A stretch of 64,000 bases of DNA from an uncultured Collinsella sp. (GTDB lineage Bacteria > Actinomycetota > Coriobacteriia > Coriobacteriales > Coriobacteriaceae): positions 71,514-135,513 of the forward strand of contig UQKW01000002.1 of NCBI GenBank assembly GCA_900541885.1. The letters run 5' to 3'. This document shows, piece after piece, positions 29,710 through 38,751 of the stretch. Under the pieces are notes generated by a model. That model did not search any database and was not told where the DNA came from. It saw only the letters and a program-made list of their open reading frames with translations. Position 1 is the stretch's first letter; every line of letters begins with the position of its first letter. The position numbers and the translations under genes are program-made.

Positions 29710-30581
29710 TACCCCAGGCGCTCCATAATGGTCGCGGCGATCGCAGGACGGTTCATAGTGTACAGGTGCAGGCCGTCGGCGCCGTGCTCCTTGAGGTCGC
29801 AAAGCTGGCGGGCGGCATAATCTACACCGGCTGCCTGCAGGCTCTCGGGGTCGTTCTCGTACTTGGCGAGAATCTTGATGACGGGGGAGGGCAGCGACGC
29901 GCCGCACATAAAGACCATGCGGCTGATCTGCGACTTGCCCATAAACGGCATGATGCCCGCGGTAATGGGCACGGTGATACCGGCCTTGTCGGCAAGCTCG
30001 CGAAAACGGTAGAAGCACTCGTTATCAAAAAAGAGCTGCGTTACAAAGAAGCTCGCGCCGGCGTCCTGTTTTTGCTTGAGGTGTTCGACCGAGAGGTTGA
30101 GGTCCTCACAGGCGATGTGGCCCTCGGGGTAGGCTGCGGCGCCCACGCAAAAGCCGGCGTCGACGAGCTCGGGGATGAGGTCGCGGGCGTAGGCGTAGTC
30201 TGAGGCGGGCTTGTCGTCCTCAGTCGCGCCGGCAGGGAGATCGCCGCGCAGGGCCAGGATGTTTTCCACGCCGGCGGTGCGGTACTCGTCGATCTTGGCG
30301 GCGATATCGGCGCGCGAGCGGCCCACGCAGGTAAGGTGTGCCACCGAGGGTGTATCGAATTCGCTCGTAATCATATGCGCGATGGGGGCGGTGGTGGCAC
30401 CGTTGCCCGAGCCGCCGGCCGAGCAGGTGACCGAGACAAAGCTCGGCGAAAGCTTGCACAGATTGCCTGCCACCTCGCGAGCCGTGTCGAGGGTAAGCTC
30501 GCCCTTGGGCGGGAACATCTCAAACGAAACGGGTGCGGTGCCCTGGGATGCTGCCTGCTTAAAAACCTCGTCGACGCGCAT
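29709..30581 (-). CDS. metF: 5,10-methylenetetrahydrofolate reductase
   Basis: MetF fold blocks FEMFPPK, SVTCSAGGSG, HLTCVG, LALRGD. Start chosen at MRVDEV. Confidence 0.85.
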   Translation of the reverse strand: MRVDEVFKQAASQGTAPVSFEMFPPKGELTLDTAREVAGNLCKLSPSFVSVTCSAGGSGNGATTAPIAHMITSEFDTPSVAHLTCVGRSRADIAAKIDEYRTAGVENILALRGDLPAGATEDDKPASDYAYARDLIPELVDAGFCVGAAAYPEGHIACEDLNLSVEHLKQKQDAGASFFVTQLFFDNECFYRFRELADKAGITVPITAGIMPFMGKSQISRMVFMCGASLPSPVIKILAKYENDPESLQAAGVDYAARQLCDLKEHGADGLHLYTMNRPAIAATIMERLG

Positions 30582-30719
30582 ATCGTGCTCCTCTAGATAC
30601 GTAATAGTGTGATGTGTTGTAAGGATTCTACAGCACCGCTGTGTCACGGTGGAGTTTCACTCGCTATTTGGGGATACCAATCGAAAATGCTTTGCTATCG
30701 GCATTCCCTATAACAGGGC

Positions 30720-30798
30720 GGTCAATCTAGGATGGGGCTATAAAGACTGGTATCTTATGTGAAATACCAGTTAATAGAGCCCCATCCCAAATTGACTA
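30720..30798. mobile_element. Short (~78 bp) relative of the 14430-14573 MITE-like element, with 22-bp arms and an inner hairpin actggtat...ataccagt
   Basis: atagagccccatcccaaattgactac aligns with atagccccgtcccaaattgactac from 14550-14573. The left arm gtcaatctaggatggggctat is the reverse-complement partner. Confidence 0.7.
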
Positions 30799-31007
30799 CC
30801 CTTAAACCATGGGGAGAGGTCTGCAATTTATACAGTTGATTGGCTGTTGAGGGTGGCAACGCCGTCGCGATGCGGTAACCTCATTGATTGGTTTCGCGAC
30901 AGCAACATAACGGTAATGTTGCGGAAACACGGCGAGTCTAAGCTATGACTCGTTCGTTAGTAATCAACACCGCTTCTCACGCGGTGCCGATACGAAGGGA
31001 GTTCCGT

Positions 31008-33095
31008 ATGGCCGAACTTACTGACCGCTTCGGGACCATGGTGTTCTCGGAGGAAGTCATGAAGGACTACCTCCCCAAGGACATTTGGAAGCGCCTTGCT
31101 GCAACCCTCGAGGACGGTGAGCCGCTCGACCTGGATGTGGCCAACGCTGTTGCCCACGCTATGAAGGTCTGGGCCATCTCCAAGGGCGCTACACACTACG
31201 CGCACTGGTTCCAGCCGCTTTCGGGCATTACTTCCGAGAAGCACGACAGCTTCCTCGAGCCCAACCACGACGGCACCGCCATTACCAAGTTCACGGGCAA
31301 GAACCTCATCCAGGGCGAGCCCGATGCTTCCAGCTTCCCCAACGGCGGCCTGCGCGCCACCTTCGAGGCCCGTGGCTACACCGCCTGGGATCCCACCAGC
31401 CCCGCCTTTATCAAGGACGATGTCCTGTGCATCCCCACGGCTTTCTGCTCCTACACGGGCGAGGCCCTGGACAAGAAGACCCCGCTGCTGCGCTCCATGA
31501 CCGCGCTCTCGCGTGAGTCTAAGCGCGTTTTGGCGCTGTTCGGCAAGACCCCCAAGAAGGTCGTTCCTTCCGTGGGTGACGAGCAGGAGTACTTCCTGAT
31601 CAAGAAGGACGCTTACCGCAAGCGCAAGGACCTGGTCATCACCGGCCGCACCCTCTTTGGTGCTGCTCCCTGCAAGGGCCAGGAGCTCGAGGAGCACTAC
31701 TTTGGCGCTATCCGCCCCACCGTCTCGGCCTATATGAAGGACCTGGACGATGAACTGTGGGCGCTTGGCATTCCCGCCAAGACCAAGCACAACGAGGTTG
31801 CTCCCTGCCAGCATGAGCTCGCGCCGGTCTATGGCGAGGTCAACGAGGCCATCGACCAGAATCTGGTCATGATGGAGAAGATGAAGCTCATCGCCTCCCG
31901 CCACGACTTGGTCTGCCTGCTGCACGAGAAGCCCTTTGAGGGCATTAACGGTTCGGGCAAGCACAACAACTGGTCGCTTGGCACCGAGTCCGAGAATCTG
32001 CTCGATCCGGGCGACACCCCGCTCGACAACCTGCAGTTCATCGTCTTCCTCACCGCGGTGATCGAGGCTGTCGATAACTATCAGGAGCTCCTGCGTGCCT
32101 CTGTTGCCTCGGCCGGCAACGACCATCGTCTGGGCGCCAATGAGGCTCCTCCGGCGATTATGTCCATCTTCCTGGGCGACCAGCTTACCGAGGTCGTCGA
32201 GAAGATCATCGATGGCAAGGCTTCCGTCCATGCCACGCGCGGCGTGCTCGACCTGGGCGCCGATACCCTGCCCAAGCTGATGCAGGACAACACCGACCGC
32301 AACCGCACCTCCCCGTTTGCCTTCACCGGCAATAAGTTCGAGTTCCGTGCCTGCGGCTCCGAGCAGAACGTCTCCGACTCCAACCTGGTGCTCGATGCCG
32401 CCGTGGCCAAGTCGCTCAAGTCCTTCGCCGACGCGCTTGAGGGTACGCCCGAGGATGAGTTCCAGGACGCTGCACTCGAGTACTGCAAGAAGGTCCTGAC
32501 CGACCACCAGCGCATCCTGTTCTCCGGCGATGGCTACTCCGATGAGTGGCCCGTCGAGGCCGAGAAGCGCGGCCTTGCCAACAACAAGACCACGGCCGAT
32601 GCCCTGCCCGCCTTTGTTTCCGATAAGGCTATCGCGCTCTTTGAGGAGACGGGTGTCCTGACCAAGGCCGAGGCCCAGTGCCGCTACGACTGCAAGCTCG
32701 AGAAGTACAACAAGCTCATGAACATCGAGGCCACCACGATGGTTCGCGAGGCACGTCGTACCTATCGCCCGGTCATTACCGCCTATGCCACCAAGGTCGC
32801 TAAGGGCCTTGAGACTATCCGTGCCGCTGGCGCCGAGGCCGCCATGCAGTGTGAACAGAACACGCTCAACAAGCTCTGCAACGGCATCACCACCATCAAC
32901 GACTCCATCAAGGCGCTCGACGCCGTGCATCAGAAGGCCGAGGGCCTCGATGGTCAGGAGCAGGCCAACGTGTACGCGCACGAGGTCGTTCCCGCTATGG
33001 ATGCGCTGCGCGCCGCCGTGGACGCCATGGAGGAGATCGTGGCAGCCGACTACTGGCCGGTCCCGACCTACGACGACATTCTGTTCTACGTGTAG
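31008..33095 (+). CDS. glnN: Glutamine synthetase type III
   Basis: ~695 aa. N-terminus ...[15 protein letters not shown]...[10 protein letters not shown] is GSIII-typical. Confidence 0.85.
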   Translation: MAELTDRFGTMVFSEEVMKDYLPKDIWKRLAATLEDGEPLDLDVANAVAHAMKVWAISKGATHYAHWFQPLSGITSEKHDSFLEPNHDGTAITKFTGKNLIQGEPDASSFPNGGLRATFEARGYTAWDPTSPAFIKDDVLCIPTAFCSYTGEALDKKTPLLRSMTALSRESKRVLALFGKTPKKVVPSVGDEQEYFLIKKDAYRKRKDLVITGRTLFGAAPCKGQELEEHYFGAIRPTVSAYMKDLDDELWALGIPAKTKHNEVAPCQHELAPVYGEVNEAIDQNLVMMEKMKLIASRHDLVCLLHEKPFEGINGSGKHNNWSLGTESENLLDPGDTPLDNLQFIVFLTAVIEAVDNYQELLRASVASAGNDHRLGANEAPPAIMSIFLGDQLTEVVEKIIDGKASVHATRGVLDLGADTLPKLMQDNTDRNRTSPFAFTGNKFEFRACGSEQNVSDSNLVLDAAVAKSLKSFADALEGTPEDEFQDAALEYCKKVLTDHQRILFSGDGYSDEWPVEAEKRGLANNKTTADALPAFVSDKAIALFEETGVLTKAEAQCRYDCKLEKYNKLMNIEATTMVREARRTYRPVITAYATKVAKGLETIRAAGAEAAMQCEQNTLNKLCNGITTINDSIKALDAVHQKAEGLDGQEQANVYAHEVVPAMDALRAAVDAMEEIVAADYWPVPTYDDILFYV

Positions 33096-33131
33096 AGCGT
33101 AACTGACATATCGTCACGGTATTGAGCCGGG

Positions 33132-33166
33132 GTCCGCATCATGCGGGCCCCGGTTTTTGTTTGCGA
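33132..33166 (+). terminator. Rho-independent terminator of glnN
   Basis: ccggggtccgcat cat gcgggccccgg followed by tttttg. Confidence 0.6.
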
Positions 33167-33224
33167 AGGACGCTTTGAAGCCCGTTTTGGAACTGATTCG
33201 CCCACGCAATAAGGGGGCGTGGGC

Positions 33225-33430
33225 AAAAAACGTCAAATATGAGTACTGTCACAAGTCCTGTAACATTATTTATTTGCAAAATATGTAGTGTTACGCAACA
33301 TATGTCCAAGTACTTAGCCGATAAACGTCTGCAATTTTTCCGCCGTAGGACGCCTGACGGCTAAATCGCCTTCTGAAGGCATGAAATCGCTGTTATTAAA
33401 ATGGTAACAGTACTCATATTTGCCATTTTT
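33225..33430. repeat. AT-rich ~200-bp segment bounded by ~28-bp imperfect inverted repeats (core caaatatgagtactgt / acagtactcatatttg)
   Basis: The 16-nt core is a perfect reverse complement. The interior is ~30% GC within a ~65% GC genome. Confidence 0.7.
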
Positions 33431-33458
33431 TGACCACAGGCCTTGCGATGATGCCGGG

Positions 33459-33750
33459 ATCCGCACCCTGCCGGGTTCGAATCCCGGCGCATAGGTAGCA
33501 AAAAGCCCGTCACCGCGGGGGTAACGGGCTTCTTAATTTAAATGGTGCCCCCAGCGGGATGTCCGCGTGCGGCTGGCGCCGCCCGCTTCCGCTGCGTCGC
33601 TCCGCTCCTTGCGTGCTGCGCTGGAAAACGCTTGCGCGTTTCCTCAGCTCCGCACCCTGTCGGGTTCGAATCCCGGCATATCGGTAGCAAAAAGCCCGCT
33701 ACCGAATTGGTAACGGGCTTCACATCTCAAATGGTGCCCCCAGCGGGATT
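33459..33750. repeat. Two ~100-bp direct-repeat units (33459-33560 and 33650-33750, ~88% identical). Each contains a T-arm-like palindrome ccgggttcgaatcccgg, a terminator hairpin and the last ~19 nt of tRNA-Glu.
   Basis: Unit 2 overlaps the real tRNA-Glu 3' end. Unit 1 ends with an orphan copy of tggtgcccccagcggga. Confidence 0.75.
33688..33722 (-). terminator. Rho-independent terminator of tRNA-Glu (minus strand)
   Basis: Minus-strand reading: gaagcccgttacc aatt cggtagcgggc followed by tttttgc. Confidence 0.55.
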
Positions 33751-33808
33751 CGAACCCGCGATATCCACCTTGAAAGGGTGGCGTCCTTGGCCGCTAGACG
33801 ATGGGGAC
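33732..33808 (-). tRNA. tRNA-Glu (anticodon UUC)
   Basis: Reverse complement GTCCCCATCGTCTAGCGGCCAAGGACGCCACCCTTTCAAGGTGGATATCGCGGGTTCGAATCCCGCTGGGGGCACCA folds as a cloverleaf with a CCA end. Confidence 0.9.
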
Positions 33809-33908
33809 AGCGGGAAAGAGTATAGCAGACTTTTTTAGCCGTTCACATATCGTTGGCAAACTGAAAAACCACCACAAAGGTGCCTGTCCCCTTTGTGGTG
33901 GTGAGGTG

Positions 33909-36086
33909 CTAGGGGAGGAGCTTCATGGCGGCGTCGTGGGCGGCGCGCTCGTAGGTGTCGTCGAGGGGCTTGAGCGGCAGCAGGGCTGTGGCCTGCGCAT
34001 CGCCGCGCCGCTCGAGGGCGTGCGCGATCAGCCAGTCGGCGAGCTCGGGGTTCTTGGGCAGTGCCGGTCCGTGCAGGTACGTGCCGATGACGCCCTTGAA
34101 GATCAGACCCTCAAGGCCATCATCGCCGTTGTTGCCGGTGCCCGTGACGACGGACGTTCCGAGCGACGTGGCATCGGCGTCCAAAAGCGTGCGACCTCCA
34201 TGGTTCTCGAATCCCACAAAGGGCTCAGGTGCCAGGTCGGTCTTGACGGCGACGTTGCCGATCAGGCGGTCGGAGCCGCGTACGGTCTCGGCGGCAATGA
34301 CGCCCAGGCCCTCGATGCGATCCTCGCCCATATAGTACGAACGGCCGAGCAGCTGATAGCTGCCGCAGATAGCGAGCAGCGAGCCGCTATCCTCAACATA
34401 GGCCGCGACCTTGTCTTTTTGAGCGAGCAGTTCATGTGCAACCGCCAGTTGGTCGCGGTCGGAGCCGCCGCCCATCATGACGATATCGGCGTCGGTCAGG
34501 TCGAGCACCTCGCCCATGTGGACCTCGTCCACGCGCACGGGAATGCCGCGCCAGGCGCAGCGGCGCTCGAGCACGATAACGTTGCCGCCGTCGCCGTAGA
34601 GGTTAAGCGCATCGGGATACAGGTAGACGATGCGCAGCGGGCGCGAAAGCTCGACTGGCGCGATACCGACAGGAAGAGCGCTGCCGTCGGCACGGGCTAT
34701 GGCGCGGGCAGCAACCGTGGCTGCATCGGTGCCTTTGAGTCCGTCGAGTTCTTTGACCAGCGGCGGGAAGGCCGTGTAGTTGGCGACGGCGTAGAAGGTG
34801 TCATCGGCGGCCTCGTCTGCCACGGCGCCGATCGCCTGCGCGACGTCCGAGATAATCGCGGCATCGATGCCGGCGTACTTGAGGCGTACCTGCATGTCGT
34901 GCGCACGCGTGCCTCCGGCAAAGGCGACAAGACCCGGCGCGTCGGCGATGCGCTCGAAGTCGACATCGTAGATCCACGAGACATCGTGGCCGTCGGCATC
35001 GTTATCGTTTAGGAAGAAGGCGCAGAGCCTGCCACCTGCCGTTTTAATGGACTGGATCTGGCGATCGAAGCCCACGGGATTCTTGGCCAGGTTGGCCTCG
35101 ACGGTGCGGCCGGCAATATCCCAACGGCCCATGCGACCACCTGCTGGCACGTAGGCATCGAGCGTGGGCTGCAGATACGCCGCGTCCACGCCCAGCTCGT
35201 GCGCCGCAAAGAAGGCGGCGGCAACGTTATAGACCATGTACAGGCCGTTGTAGCGCGTGGCGATGTGCACGGCGGGCGCGTTGGCCTCGGGTCCAAAGGC
35301 CAGGTCAAAGCCGTAGCCGTCGCAGCCGAGCTCAACGCCCGTCACGCGGCGGAGCAGCGCGGGGCGACCCCAGCCGCACGAAGGGCAATGATAGGCGCCC
35401 AGCTGTCCGTACTGCACATAGTCGTATTCCAGCGGGGCGTTGCACTGCGAGCAAAAACGCGAGTCGCTAATGCGGTCGGACTCGGTGCCCGTGGCGCCGT
35501 CGATGCCAAAGGCGATGCTCGTGTTGGGGACGCGCGCGGCGATCGAGGCGCACAGCGGATCGTCGGCGTTGTAGATGAGCGTTGTCGTCGGAGAGAGCTC
35601 CAACGCATGGGCGATGACGTCTTGGGTATGGTCGATCTCGCCGTAGCGGTCTAGCTGGTCGCGGAACAGGTTGAGCAGCACAAAGTACGTCGGCTTGAGC
35701 TTGGGCAGAACGCGTACGGTGTAGAGCTCGTCGCACTCAAAGACGCCCACGCGCTTGCCGCTGCTGGCGTGCTTAAGGCCGCCGCGGGCCTCGAGCAGAG
35801 CACCCACCACGCCAGGCTCCATATTGTTGCCGGCACGGTTGCACACCACGGTAGCGCCGCTGGCGGCAACGGCGTCGGCGATGAGGTTGGAGGTGGTGGT
35901 CTTGCCATTAGTACCGGTGATCACCACGCTGCGGTCGACAAGGCCGGCGAGGTCGCTCAGCAGCTCGGGGTCGATCTTCATGGCGATGCGGCCGGGGAGT
36001 ACGCCGCCCTGGCGCTTAAGGACGGAGCGCAGCCCCCAGCGAGCGATATCGCTCGAGGTGCAGGCAAGAGATGAGCGGAGGTTCAT
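33909..36086 (-). CDS. murT: Fused lipid II isoglutaminyl synthase: MurT (Mur-ligase-like with Cys4 ribbon and DUF1727) plus GatD (CobB/CobQ-type glutamine amidotransferase) in one polypeptide
   Basis: N-terminal TGTNGKTTT P-loop, zinc ribbon CSQC...CPSCGW, then a GATase block LAICGSYQLLG...GFENHGGRT...YLHGP. Confidence 0.8.
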   Translation of the reverse strand: MNLRSSLACTSSDIARWGLRSVLKRQGGVLPGRIAMKIDPELLSDLAGLVDRSVVITGTNGKTTTSNLIADAVAASGATVVCNRAGNNMEPGVVGALLEARGGLKHASSGKRVGVFECDELYTVRVLPKLKPTYFVLLNLFRDQLDRYGEIDHTQDVIAHALELSPTTTLIYNADDPLCASIAARVPNTSIAFGIDGATGTESDRISDSRFCSQCNAPLEYDYVQYGQLGAYHCPSCGWGRPALLRRVTGVELGCDGYGFDLAFGPEANAPAVHIATRYNGLYMVYNVAAAFFAAHELGVDAAYLQPTLDAYVPAGGRMGRWDIAGRTVEANLAKNPVGFDRQIQSIKTAGGRLCAFFLNDNDADGHDVSWIYDVDFERIADAPGLVAFAGGTRAHDMQVRLKYAGIDAAIISDVAQAIGAVADEAADDTFYAVANYTAFPPLVKELDGLKGTDAATVAARAIARADGSALPVGIAPVELSRPLRIVYLYPDALNLYGDGGNVIVLERRCAWRGIPVRVDEVHMGEVLDLTDADIVMMGGGSDRDQLAVAHELLAQKDKVAAYVEDSGSLLAICGSYQLLGRSYYMGEDRIEGLGVIAAETVRGSDRLIGNVAVKTDLAPEPFVGFENHGGRTLLDADATSLGTSVVTGTGNNGDDGLEGLIFKGVIGTYLHGPALPKNPELADWLIAHALERRGDAQATALLPLKPLDDTYERAAHDAAMKLLP

Positions 36087-36131
36087 GAAACCGTTCCTAA
36101 CGTAAACGACATGGTCGGGTCGAGTGTGTCA

Positions 36132-37175
36132 CTAAAAACCGTAGCGGCGCGCAAACTCCTGGGCAAGCTGCGACACGTCTTCGCAGGCATTGGCCCAGGG
36201 AGCAAAGTCGGGAGTGTCCGAGATAATACCGTCCGCTTCCCAAACGGCCTGATGCGAAAGATCCCAGGGATCGCGTGGCTCGGGTCGGCAGGGAAGGTAC
36301 GGTGTCTGGTACATGGGGTTCAGCAAGAAGAACGCGCCGCCCTCGCAACGGTTGGCAAACTCACGCAGCGCGCGTGTCGCCGGGCGCATCTTGTTTGTTT
36401 TGAACAGCAGAATCGTGCGGGCGAGCAGATACCAAGGAGAGTTCTCGAGTGCGTCTGCCCCGATCTCTTCCTCGAGCTGGTGGGCTAGGGCAAAAAAGCC
36501 GTCCTCGTCTTCCAGACGAGCGAGGGCGAGCAACACGGTGCCTGCGGCTCGGGTGGGATAGCCTTCTGCCTTAAGGACGCGGCGGGCGTAGTTGGCGGCA
36601 GCACGGTAGCGGGCGCTCGCCATGCACAGCTGCGAGATGGCCTCGAGCGTGTGAAGCCACCCGATAAGAGCCGGCTCGCTCACGGTAAGGTCTGCTGCGG
36701 TGACACCATCGGCCAAAACATTATTGGCCCAGTAGTGCGGGGCTTCCATGTCGAACCCGGGCACGCTTTGCTGCAGGTAATCGGCCGTGGTCGCCTCGAG
36801 CTTCATCAGATCGCCCGGGCAGGCGTCGACGGGCGTGTCCGCCAAAATGATGGCGAGCAGCTGGGCATCGAGGACATGCGCATCGATGCGGACGATCTTG
36901 AGCAGCTCATCACGCATATCGTCGAACAGGCGGTTGCGCGTCTGCTCAAACTCCTCGTCGCTGCCCATATCCTCGATGCGATGGAGCTCGTCGAGCAGGT
37001 GGCGATGAACGCCGGCATAGGACAGCAGCGCCTGGGCATGCTCGGACTGCGCATACTTATGAGGGTTGACGCTCACGTCGTTATGGACAAGCTCGCGTGC
37101 TGCATCGGTGAGTTCGGGGTGCGACGCAAGGTAGGCGCGCTCCAGGTAGGCGGGGATGTAGACGCTCGGATCCAT
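36132..37175 (-). CDS. Hypothetical alpha-helical protein (347 aa), paralogous to the gene immediately upstream
   Basis: Clean ORF, genome-typical codon usage, 4-nt overlap (ATGA) with 37175-38251. Shares a ...PW.L.A... / FAPW-FAAW C-terminal pattern with its neighbour. Confidence 0.6.
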   Translation of the reverse strand: MDPSVYIPAYLERAYLASHPELTDAARELVHNDVSVNPHKYAQSEHAQALLSYAGVHRHLLDELHRIEDMGSDEEFEQTRNRLFDDMRDELLKIVRIDAHVLDAQLLAIILADTPVDACPGDLMKLEATTADYLQQSVPGFDMEAPHYWANNVLADGVTAADLTVSEPALIGWLHTLEAISQLCMASARYRAAANYARRVLKAEGYPTRAAGTVLLALARLEDEDGFFALAHQLEEEIGADALENSPWYLLARTILLFKTNKMRPATRALREFANRCEGGAFFLLNPMYQTPYLPCRPEPRDPWDLSHQAVWEADGIISDTPDFAPWANACEDVSQLAQEFARRYGF

Positions 37176-38251
37176 TAGAGGTCTCCTCCCTTAAACGGCA
37201 AACCCTGCTCGGCCGCGCGCAGGATGCGCTCGTCGATCTGGGAACGCACGATGTCGTTGGTGGCGACCCAGGCGGCAAAGCTGGCGTTGTCGGGGGCGCC
37301 CAGGCCCTCCTGCAGCACCGGCGTCGCCTCGGACAGCGCAAGGACAAGTTCGTCGGTGGAGCCCACACCCACGTTGACGCGGGCATAGACGCCATCGGGA
37401 AACTCGGTTTGGAAGTAGAGCGCCTCGGCTGCGTGCGGGCACGAACGCACAAGGATACGCAGGTAGTGCTCGGCACCCTCGTAGTCCAGCTCGCGCCAGG
37501 CAGCGCTCATCAGCGCGATGAGCGTCCACGGGTCCAAGTCACGCTCCGCATCTTTGGGGCGGCGGCGCAGCGGGGTACTCGCGAGGTACGGCACGGAGTG
37601 AGCGGAGCGAAAGCGCTTGAGCTCCTCGGCGGGGTATTCGAGCTTTGCCATGGCGAGCATCGCGGTGTGGCGGACGCCGGCAGGATCGTTGGGGGCAAAG
37701 TCGAGGCTGCGGTTTGCGGCTTCGAGCGACATGCGATAGCGGCCGCTAATGAGGGCACGTGACGCAAGGGCGGCGAGCCAGCGCAGATAGGGGCGGCGCA
37801 TAAGGTCGCCAGCGGCCTCACGCTCGTAGGGGTCCTGCGCCGAGGCGATCTTGAGCGCCAGATCGTGCTCCACCTCGTCGCACTTGGACACCAGATACTG
37901 TACGTATTCCTCGTTGGAGCTGGCGGTGAGCGCCGTCAGCATGCGCTGGGCATCCCAGTTGGCCGGGTCGAGTGCGACTGCCTCGCGGAGCATGTTCTCG
38001 GCTGCGGCTTCTTCTTGCTCTGCCTGGGTATCGTCGGGGATAAAGGGAATGCGGTAGTCGACGGCCTCGACCACCTTGGCAATGAGGTGCCCGGCGCGGT
38101 CGCGGTCGTGCACGATGAGCGGTGCGGGGTTGCGGGTGAATTGTTCCATCAGACGCTCTACTGCGGCAGCGTCGGTGAGCGGGATATTGTCGCGGCGCAA
38201 GGCCTCAAGAACGAGGCGATGGCAATCCTCTTGAATGGGATCGAATGCCAT
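37175..38251 (-). CDS. Hypothetical alpha-helical protein (358 aa), paralogue of 36132-37175
   Basis: Same orientation and translational coupling as 36132-37175. No known domain recognised. Confidence 0.6.
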   Translation of the reverse strand: MAFDPIQEDCHRLVLEALRRDNIPLTDAAAVERLMEQFTRNPAPLIVHDRDRAGHLIAKVVEAVDYRIPFIPDDTQAEQEEAAAENMLREAVALDPANWDAQRMLTALTASSNEEYVQYLVSKCDEVEHDLALKIASAQDPYEREAAGDLMRRPYLRWLAALASRALISGRYRMSLEAANRSLDFAPNDPAGVRHTAMLAMAKLEYPAEELKRFRSAHSVPYLASTPLRRRPKDAERDLDPWTLIALMSAAWRELDYEGAEHYLRILVRSCPHAAEALYFQTEFPDGVYARVNVGVGSTDELVLALSEATPVLQEGLGAPDNASFAAWVATNDIVRSQIDERILRAAEQGLPFKGGDL

Positions 38252-38751
38252 GGGGCCTCCTTTGCTGCGGTTAGGGTTCAGATGTTTCTATATAAGGTTC
38301 TAGTTTACCCGCATGTGGCACACCGGGGGTGCCGCACTTGGACTTGCACCTTTGCACCACGAAGTCGGATGTCGCACAAATGTCGGCACCATGGACGGCC
38401 GAGTGGTATCACGGTGCCGCAAACGGTCGATTTTTGGCGGCGAACGGTGCATATTTTGGAGGGGCACCGTCCTGCCCGGGATATGTAGTCAACCTTGATA
38501 AAACGTTTGCCCAGCTTGGGAGTATGAATGCCGCACAAGGGTCTTCAGGGATAGAAAAAACGTTTCATCATTGGCGGCTTTAGGTGAATAACTGACCAAC
38601 CAGAACGGTAAAATAGTGTTTGTCTGAGCGTTGAGACGTTTAGACATCGCGCATTGTCATCGCCGGCAACGCGCAAACCGGTCCTAACGGAGCCAATTGG
38701 GTGCTCCGTTATATACGCAAGTCTAAGAGGGGCTTGTTTAGGAGGCACAGT

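Noticed and set aside
30582-30720. SAM (S-box) riboswitch expected upstream of metF-metH
   Set aside because: Reverse-complement leader lacks the conserved S-box helices and kink-turn. No T-box features either. The leader therefore has no recognisable riboswitch.
30800-31007. glnA-type glutamine riboswitch upstream of glnN
   Set aside because: Conserved glutamine-riboswitch core not found. Only a small hairpin cgagtctaagctatgactcg is present.
30957-32981. 674-aa minus-strand ORF
   Set aside because: Antisense to type III glutamine synthetase. Low-complexity translation.
33459-33560. Possible additional tRNA genes suggested by ccgggttcgaatcccgg T-arm-like palindromes
   Set aside because: No matching acceptor stem, D-arm or anticodon arm can be built on either strand. 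Interpreted as T-arm-derived repeat fragments.
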